NCBI RefSeq assembly: GCF_000025925.1
Contig: NC_014033.1
Span: forward strand, 3,000,001 to 3,032,000
DNA length: 32,000 bases
Source: Xylanibacter ruminicola 23
Lineage (GTDB): Bacteria > Bacteroidota > Bacteroidia > Bacteroidales > Bacteroidaceae
Reading direction: 5' to 3'
Shown: piece by piece, positions 26,519 through 32,000 of the stretch
Numbering within the stretch: position 1 is the first letter of the stretch
Layout: every line of letters starts with the position of its first letter
The notes under the pieces: generated by a model
What the model saw: the letters and a program-made list of their open reading frames with translations, nothing else
The model's database searches: none
What the model was told of the DNA's origin: nothing
Translations under genes and position numbers: made by a program

Positions 26519-26596
26519 AGGAACATTTTGTTCCCACGTTGGGAATGAAACGTTCCCAAACTGGGAATCAAACATTCCCAAGTTGGGAATATTTTA
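26509..26596. repeat. Four tandem 22-bp units, each carrying a TTCCCA-N3-TGGGAA(T) palindrome. Three units are perfect and the first, overlapping the stop codon, is degenerate.
   Basis: Units start at 26509, 26531, 26553 and 26575. They read TTCCCATTAGAGGAACATTTTG / TTCCCACGTTGGGAATGAAACG / TTCCCAAACTGGGAATCAAACA / TTCCCAAGTTGGGAATATTTTA. Confidence 0.85.
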
Positions 26597-26670
26597 CGTG
26601 CTTTAGATGGCAAGGGGGAGTATAAATCAAAAAAACTGAGTAAAACTATTTATTTTGAGAATAATTATTG

Positions 26671-26678
26671 TATCTTTG
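26671..26678 (+). promoter_or_regulatory. -7 promoter box TATCTTTG driving the cobalamin riboswitch leader
   Basis: TAnnTTTG match a few nt upstream of the riboswitch P1. Confidence 0.45.
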
Positions 26679-26684
26679 CAGCTG

Positions 26685-26880
26685 TAATCGGTTCTCCTGA
26701 TGTGGAGATTAATAGGGAATCGGGTGAGAATCCTGAACAGAATCCCGCCGAAAGGCACCTACCCGTGGCCTTTCCTGCTGCTGTAAGTCGTCCTTTATGA
26801 GGCGCAAACATGTATGTCACTGAGATTTTTGGGAAGACGTTTGCTGCCAGACGATAAGTCAGAAGACCTGCCGATGAAAC
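26685..26880 (+). promoter_or_regulatory. Cobalamin (B12-element) riboswitch
   Basis: Conserved blocks AATAGGGAATCGGGTGAGAATCC, GCTGCTGTAAG, GTCACTG...GGGAAGAC and the B12 box AAGTCAGAAGACCTGCC (26856..26872). P1 forms between ATCGG (26687..26691) and CCGAT (26871..26875). It lies upstream of a TonB-dependent receptor. Confidence 0.85.
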
Positions 26881-26930
26881 TTTAGCCGCTTGCCTATCTC
26901 TGGGGTTAGATGGCGATGGCAGAATAAAAG

Positions 26931-28946
26931 ATGATGAATCGAGCATTCACATTGGCAATGGCTTGCGTGTTGACGATGACAACGGCAGCACAAAGCAAGT
27001 TAGATTCCGTACAGCATGTGCGGGAGATAATTGTTGTGTCGAAGCCTGCCATGCGCGAGGTGGTACCCAGTCAGAAACTGAAGGGCGAACTGCTGGAACA
27101 ACTGAACACGCACTCTGTGGCCGATGCGTTGCGCTATTTCTCAGGTGTCCAACTAAAGGATTATGGCGGCGTGGGCGGCATTAAAACAGTAAACATCCGC
27201 TCGATGGGTACGCATCACTTAGGCATCAGCTACGATGGTGTGCAGTTAGGTAATGCGCAGAACGGACAGATTGACTTGGGCCAGTTCTCACTTGATAACG
27301 TAGAGGATATCACACTTTATAACGGCCAGAAGAGTGCCATCTTCCAGCCCGCCAGCGATTTTGGAAACGCCGGTTCTATCTATATCCGTACCAAAGCGCC
27401 TGATTTCAAGAAAGGCGAGAATACCCATCTGCGATTTAAAACCCAGTATGGTTCAAGCGATATGTTCCGCTTTTCTACCCTTTGGGAGCAGAAACTGTCA
27501 TCAACCATCAGCTCATCGGTAAGTGCCGGCTTCTTAACAGCCAGCGGTAAGTATAAGTTCCATTACGAGCGAAAATATCCTAACGGACAAACGGCTTGGG
27601 ACACAACGGCTGTGCGACAGAACGGCGATATACATGCTGAACGTATCGAAGCAAACCTGTTTGGCCGATTGGAGCAGGGTAGTTGGCAGCTTAAGGGTTA
27701 TCTATATAACTCAGCCCGAGGCATTCCTGGTGCCATCGTAAACAACGTATGGCGACGTGGTGAGCGCCAACAGGATTTGAACACCTTTGTACAAGTCGAT
27801 TATAATAAGAATATAGGCGATGGTTTCAGCACCCGATGGCTGGCCAAGTATGCCTATTACAACACCCACTACGTAAACAAGGATACCACCCAGCTACCTG
27901 TTGACAATCGTTACAAGCAGCAGGAGTTCTATCTTTCTACAGCCAATGTACTGGAGCTGCTACCCAACTGGAGTGCATCGCTGGCCTACGATTTTAAGTG
28001 GAACAAACTGAATGCTGATATCTACAACTTTGCATACCCCACACGCATCTCTAATCTGGTAAGCTTAGCCACAGCTATCGACTACAAACATCTGAAGGCG
28101 CAGGGCTCTATCCTGGCTACCTTTATCCACGACAAAACCCACCGCAGGGGTGAGTTTGCAGGCTTAAACAGCAGTCATTCGCTATCTAAACTCACGCCGG
28201 CGCTATTTGTTAACGTGTATCCCTTCCGAGGCACCTTCTTCTCTATGCGAGCCTACGTAAAAAAGAGTTTCCGCATGCCGACCTTCAACGACCTGTATTA
28301 TACCGATATGGGTAATGCCAACCTGGTGCCCGAGAGCGCCTTGCAGTACGATGCCGGCTTTGCGCTTAACAAGCACTTTGAGCATAGTATCATTCGCCAT
28401 GCCGAGATGCACTTCGATGCCTATTATAATACAGTACACGATAAAATTGTGGCTTACCCCAAGGGGCAGCAGTTCCGTTGGACGATGCTGAACTTAGGTA
28501 AAGTTCACATCAAGGGAATAGATGTTGAGGCCGAGGCCGATTTCAAGATTGGTAAGGATCTGATAGCTACCACTCGTGCCCAGTACACTTATCAGGATGC
28601 ACGCGATGTTACTGATGCCGAAACCTCGTATTATAAGCATCAGATACCCTACATCCCCTGGCACTCAGGTTCTGCTATTCTGGGTCTTACCTATAAGAAC
28701 TGGAACCTGAACTACTCGTTTATCTATGCGGGCGAACGCTACGACGAGCAGGAGAACATTATCTATAACCACATGGAACCTTGGTACACCAGCGACCTGA
28801 GTCTGGGAGTTTGGTGGAAAGTAAATAGTGTGCTGATGAAAGCGCACTTGGATGTGAACAATCTCTTAGGTCAGGATTACGAGGTAATCGTAAATTACCC
28901 CATGCCTGGTCGCAACTATGCACTAACATTAAGCGTTGAGATATGA
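26931..28946 (+). CDS. btuB: TonB-dependent receptor, BtuB-like (cobamide uptake by riboswitch context)
   Basis: Signal peptide MMNRAFTLAMACVLTMTTAAQS. Plug motifs (IRSMGTHHLGISYDGVQLGN), a 22-strand-type barrel length (671 aa) and a C-terminal TLSVEI. The substrate is inferred from the B12 riboswitch. Confidence 0.8.
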   Translation: MMNRAFTLAMACVLTMTTAAQSKLDSVQHVREIIVVSKPAMREVVPSQKLKGELLEQLNTHSVADALRYFSGVQLKDYGGVGGIKTVNIRSMGTHHLGISYDGVQLGNAQNGQIDLGQFSLDNVEDITLYNGQKSAIFQPASDFGNAGSIYIRTKAPDFKKGENTHLRFKTQYGSSDMFRFSTLWEQKLSSTISSSVSAGFLTASGKYKFHYERKYPNGQTAWDTTAVRQNGDIHAERIEANLFGRLEQGSWQLKGYLYNSARGIPGAIVNNVWRRGERQQDLNTFVQVDYNKNIGDGFSTRWLAKYAYYNTHYVNKDTTQLPVDNRYKQQEFYLSTANVLELLPNWSASLAYDFKWNKLNADIYNFAYPTRISNLVSLATAIDYKHLKAQGSILATFIHDKTHRRGEFAGLNSSHSLSKLTPALFVNVYPFRGTFFSMRAYVKKSFRMPTFNDLYYTDMGNANLVPESALQYDAGFALNKHFEHSIIRHAEMHFDAYYNTVHDKIVAYPKGQQFRWTMLNLGKVHIKGIDVEAEADFKIGKDLIATTRAQYTYQDARDVTDAETSYYKHQIPYIPWHSGSAILGLTYKNWNLNYSFIYAGERYDEQENIIYNHMEPWYTSDLSLGVWWKVNSVLMKAHLDVNNLLGQDYEVIVNYPMPGRNYALTLSVEI

Positions 28947-30109
28947 AGCAGCTAGCGTACTACATATTAACCCTGTTGCTCCTTTCGGCCTGTCGCCAGG
29001 ATGTGATGATAGTGCCGATGGAGAAAAGCGATCCAGGCGGTAAAACGCAGCAGGGCGATATCATAGGTATGTATCTGCTGAATGAGGGCAACATGGGATC
29101 GAACAAGTCGTCGCTCGACTATCTCGACCTGTCGGATTCTACAGCCCACTATTATCGCAACATCTACTCGCAGCGCAACCCAAGTACTGTAATGTCGCTG
29201 GGCGATGTGGGTAACGACTGTCAGATATATGGCTCGCGTCTGTGGCTGGTTATCAACTGCTCAAACAAGGTTGAAGTGGCCCGTGCCGATTCGGCTATCA
29301 GAATAGGAAAGGTAAACATTCCTAACTGCCGATACGTGACGTTTAACGATCGCTATGCCTACGTGTCATCGTATGTGGGAACGGTTTATGCTTCGAGCAA
29401 CAGTCCGTTGGGTAGCGTGTATAAGGTAGATACACTCACCTTGCAAAAGGTTGACTCTTGTAGTGTAGGCTATCAGCCTGAGGAGATGGCCATTATCGGC
29501 AACCAGCTATATGTAGCCAACAGTGGTGGCTATCAAGGTATGACGGGACAGGGTTATGAGAGTACGGTAAGTGTGATAGATATGGCTACCATGCAAGAAA
29601 CCAGCAAGGTAGAGGTTGCCCCCAACCTGCACCACCTGAAGGCCGATAAGTACAATCAGCTGTGGGTAACGGCTCGTGGCGACTATATGACTGAGGCACC
29701 AAGCATCTGGTGGCTGGCACCCGACGAAAACGGCCAGATGAAAGTAGGTGGACACATCGATCAGGCAGTAAGCGATCTGTGTATTGTGGGCGATTCGCTC
29801 TATTTCTACGGTTCTCAATGGAGCGAGGTGTCGATGAGTAATACCATCACCTATGGTATCATCAACGTAAAAACGCATCAGGTGGTAAGCACCAGTCTGT
29901 CGAGTGCACCCGAGATTAGCAAGATACGCATGCCTTATGGCATCATTGTAAACCCCATCCATCGCGATTTTTATCTGATGGATGCCAAGAACTATGTATC
30001 GAGTGGCGAGTTGCTGCACTTCCTGCCCGATGGCACCTTCGACTGGAAGGTAAGCACAGGCGATATACCCGCCCACGCAGCATTTTTATTTAAAACAACA
30101 AAAAAATGA
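28943..30109 (+). CDS. Surface lipoprotein, YncE/DUF5074-like beta-propeller. BtuG-like by position directly downstream of btuB.
   Basis: Lipoprotein signal LLLLSAC. The motif GMYLLNEGNMGSNKSSLDYLD and repeated strand patterns are typical of YncE-like propellers. ATGA overlap with btuB. The BtuG assignment is contextual (established Bacteroides btuB-btuG arrangement), not shown by alignment. Confidence 0.6.
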   Translation: MKQLAYYILTLLLLSACRQDVMIVPMEKSDPGGKTQQGDIIGMYLLNEGNMGSNKSSLDYLDLSDSTAHYYRNIYSQRNPSTVMSLGDVGNDCQIYGSRLWLVINCSNKVEVARADSAIRIGKVNIPNCRYVTFNDRYAYVSSYVGTVYASSNSPLGSVYKVDTLTLQKVDSCSVGYQPEEMAIIGNQLYVANSGGYQGMTGQGYESTVSVIDMATMQETSKVEVAPNLHHLKADKYNQLWVTARGDYMTEAPSIWWLAPDENGQMKVGGHIDQAVSDLCIVGDSLYFYGSQWSEVSMSNTITYGIINVKTHQVVSTSLSSAPEISKIRMPYGIIVNPIHRDFYLMDAKNYVSSGELLHFLPDGTFDWKVSTGDIPAHAAFLFKTTKK

Positions 30110-31224
30110 AGAAGATATTTTTACTATTAATAGCCGCAATTACCATCGGTAATATCCATGCTCAGCGCATGGACGATGTTACTGTGCACTCCAAATACAT
30201 CCAGGCGGTAGATGAATATCGCCCTGCCCCAGGACAGTATGTAAACGATGTGCCAGAATACGAAGCTGGCGATACCGAGGCCGATATGATTCGTAAGTGT
30301 AACAACAACCTGGCAGGTCTTGGTCCTATCAATTCCCATTTGGTGGCACTTGGCGGCTGGGGCGGTTATATCACGTTCCACTTCGATCATTCTATCGCCA
30401 ACGTGCCTGGCGAGCGCGACTTTGCCGTATGGGGAAACGCCTATCAGGAAATGAAGAATCTGGTGTTTGGTGGTATGAATGAGGCTGGCGTAGTAATGGT
30501 GTCGAAGGATGTAAACGGCAACGGAAAGCCCGACGACCCTTGGTACGAAATCAGCGGCAGTTGCGATGTGGATAGCGCAGGCAAGGTAATTTATGGTTAC
30601 GAGATAACCTACCGTCAGAACCCCATGGGTGATATTCCCTGGACAGATAACCAAGGTAATAGCGGCACCATCGATCGTAATCACTACCATACCCAGGAGT
30701 ATTACCCCCAGTGGTTGCCAGATAATCTCACCTTCAAAGGCACCCGACTGCCCGATAATATGCAGAATCTGTCCGATCAGGTAGAGCAGTCGTTCAGTCC
30801 CTACTATTACGTGCTGGTAGGTTTCCGCTATGGCTATGCCGATAATCTGCCCAACTTTAGCGATAATGCCGATGCCACCTCGTATAATTATGAGGGCTGC
30901 GGTATTGATATCTCGTGGGCTGTGGATGAGAACCGTCAGCCTGTAAATCTTGATTTCATCGACTTTGTACGTGTATATACAGGTTTGAATCAGAAATGTC
31001 CCCAACCCGAGTGGTGGGGCGAAACCTCTACAGAGTTTGCTGGTGCCGAGGATATCCATCTCGAAGCCTCGCTCCAAGCTATCGAGAATGCTTTGAGCGG
31101 CATTCGTGCTATCCAGCAGGAAGCATCTTCATCAAGTCCTTTCTACGACCTGCAGGGTCGAAAGGTTACTCCAACCAAGAAGGGTGTCTATATTCAAAAC
31201 AGAAAGAAGATAGTTATCAATTAA
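30106..31224 (+). CDS. Secreted protein of unknown function in the B12 locus, with a short C-terminal motif resembling a T9SS sorting tail
   Basis: Signal peptide MKKIFLLLIAAITIGNIHAQ. ATGA overlap with the upstream gene. The C-terminus is SPFYDLQGRKVTPTKKGVYIQNRKKIVIN. I recognise no catalytic motif. Confidence 0.7.
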   Translation: MKKIFLLLIAAITIGNIHAQRMDDVTVHSKYIQAVDEYRPAPGQYVNDVPEYEAGDTEADMIRKCNNNLAGLGPINSHLVALGGWGGYITFHFDHSIANVPGERDFAVWGNAYQEMKNLVFGGMNEAGVVMVSKDVNGNGKPDDPWYEISGSCDVDSAGKVIYGYEITYRQNPMGDIPWTDNQGNSGTIDRNHYHTQEYYPQWLPDNLTFKGTRLPDNMQNLSDQVEQSFSPYYYVLVGFRYGYADNLPNFSDNADATSYNYEGCGIDISWAVDENRQPVNLDFIDFVRVYTGLNQKCPQPEWWGETSTEFAGAEDIHLEASLQAIENALSGIRAIQQEASSSSPFYDLQGRKVTPTKKGVYIQNRKKIVIN

Positions 31225-31255
31225 TTCATATTAATCACTTAAAACAAAAACAGTT

Positions 31256-31999
31256 ATGAAAACAAACAAATTATTCGGACTTGCAGTCCTCGCGTGCGGT
31301 TTCGCACTGTCGTTCACATCATGTACTAATGATGACAATCCAGTTGGTGGTAAGAGACAGGCTACAGTTTCTTTCGAGAACAAGAAGCTTGGTGCTGATG
31401 GCTATTGGCGTGGTGACGAATCTGGTACTAAGTTTGATAATTACGGATTAGAGGCCTTCGCCTGCCAGTATAAGGAAAAGGGGGTAACCTTCCCAGTAAA
31501 CTACACACCTTCTTGGGCCAGCTGGACTGGTTTTGCTATCTCAAATCGCACAGAGACTACTTATAAGGAGCAGAATCCCGATCAGTTCAATAGTGCTGTA
31601 GGTGCTGCCAAGAGCGGTAACAACTTCTGTGTAGTATATACCTATGGCGAGGAAATCGATTTCGGTCGTGCCGTTACCCTGAAGGGCTTCTGGTTCACCA
31701 ACGAGGCATGGGCTGTTGATGCCATCCTGAATGGCGATGGAATGTCTCCTGGTAAGTTTGAGAAGGACGACTGGTTTAAGTGCACAGTTACTGCAACACT
31801 GTCTGATGGTTCAACCAAGGATGTTGAGGTTTTCCTGGCTAAGGATGGTGAGTATGTAAAGGATTGGCAGTTCTGCGATTTCCAGAGTTTGGAAAAAGTT
31901 ACCAAACTGAGCTTTGCATTCGATAGCACTAAGAAGAACGACTACGGTCCAACAACTCCTACTTACATGTGTATCGACGATATCGAGTTTGAGTATTAA
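31256..31999 (+). CDS. DUF4465-like lipoprotein, an accessory protein of the B12 uptake locus
   Basis: Lipoprotein signal LSFTSC. SWASWTGFAISNRTE, FWFTNEAWAV, DDWFKCTVTA, and the C-terminal TPTYMCIDDIEF resemble my recollection of the DUF4465 family pattern. The stop TAA is at 31997..31999. Confidence 0.7.
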   Translation: MKTNKLFGLAVLACGFALSFTSCTNDDNPVGGKRQATVSFENKKLGADGYWRGDESGTKFDNYGLEAFACQYKEKGVTFPVNYTPSWASWTGFAISNRTETTYKEQNPDQFNSAVGAAKSGNNFCVVYTYGEEIDFGRAVTLKGFWFTNEAWAVDAILNGDGMSPGKFEKDDWFKCTVTATLSDGSTKDVEVFLAKDGEYVKDWQFCDFQSLEKVTKLSFAFDSTKKNDYGPTTPTYMCIDDIEFEY

Positions 32000-32000
32000 T

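Noticed and set aside
26545-26625. A 26-codon plus-strand ORF (MKRSQTGNQTFPSWEYFTCFRWQGGV) running through the 22-bp palindrome array
   Set aside because: The repeat period (22) is not a multiple of 3, so the repeat is not constrained as protein. The ATG itself is part of a repeat unit (TGGGAATGAAA). There is no promoter or initiation context. It is probably incidental, though a leader-peptide role cannot be formally excluded.
26665-26946. A 93-aa minus-strand ORF upstream of btuB
   Set aside because: It is antisense to the cobalamin riboswitch, whose conserved blocks explain the sequence conservation. It has no coding-like features.
29507-30076. A 189-aa minus-strand ORF inside the propeller lipoprotein gene, and similar antisense ORFs at 7130..7699, 6671..7084, 20199..20615 and 9593..10042
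   Set aside because: These are the same kind of shadow ORF, antisense to well-supported genes. None has an independent start context, a promoter box or a recognisable motif.
30127-31077. A very long (316 aa) minus-strand ORF lying completely inside the 30106..31224 gene
   Set aside because: It is the codon-aligned antisense frame of the plus-strand gene, so it stays open simply because the sense gene avoids TTA, CTA and TCA codons. Its product is Ile/Gly/Val-rich with no signal or motif. The plus-strand ORF, by contrast, has a signal peptide, an ATGA coupling to its neighbour and an operon context. I treat it as a shadow ORF.
1-32000. A search for CRISPR arrays, transposases or integrases, tRNA/rRNA genes, phage or defence-island signatures, and long direct or inverted repeats
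   Set aside because: None were seen by eye. The only repeats found are the 22-bp array and the two-copy hairpin element reported above. The gene content is core housekeeping plus vitamin uptake. A tRNAscan, Infernal and repeat-finder run would be needed to exclude small RNAs I cannot recognise by inspection.

Overview
This is a chromosomal, mostly housekeeping window from a Bacteroidota genome. I infer a Prevotella/Bacteroides-like organism from three things: TAnnTTTG -7 boxes precede most transcription units, Shine-Dalgarno sequences are almost absent, and TonB-dependent receptors sit next to lipoprotein partners. I support about 26 CDS: polA (5' truncated), a TGS/P-loop nucleoside kinase, a Na/Pi cotransporter, an acyl-CoA synthetase, prfB, a CYTH protein, a VanZ-like protein, two tandem SNF-family Na+ symporters, a ComEA-like HhH protein, tatA, tatC, a polyferredoxin, an Fe-S aldo/keto reductase, ychF, lgt, mutS and an LD-carboxypeptidase, plus two riboswitch-controlled vitamin uptake loci. 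The first locus is a TPP riboswitch followed by a TonB-dependent receptor and PnuT. The second is a cobalamin riboswitch followed by a BtuB-like receptor and three secreted or lipoprotein accessory genes. I saw no rRNA, tRNA, CRISPR array, transposase or integrase. The most interesting items are: (1) a tatA-tatC-polyferredoxin-AKR cluster, where the polyferredoxin looks like a NapH-NapG fusion with an internal Tat-like signal and the AKR is a Tat-exported lipoprotein with an Fe-S tail, which may be an undescribed periplasmic reductase module; (2) an exactly 22-bp-phased array of TTCCCA-N3-TGGGAA palindromes between the LD-carboxypeptidase stop codon and the B12-riboswitch promoter; (3) a roughly 63-nt hairpin-containing intergenic repeat present twice; (4) an unlisted 52-codon membrane ORF; (5) uncharacterised accessory genes in the B12 locus. 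All functional calls rest on motif recognition by eye, and no database search was run.
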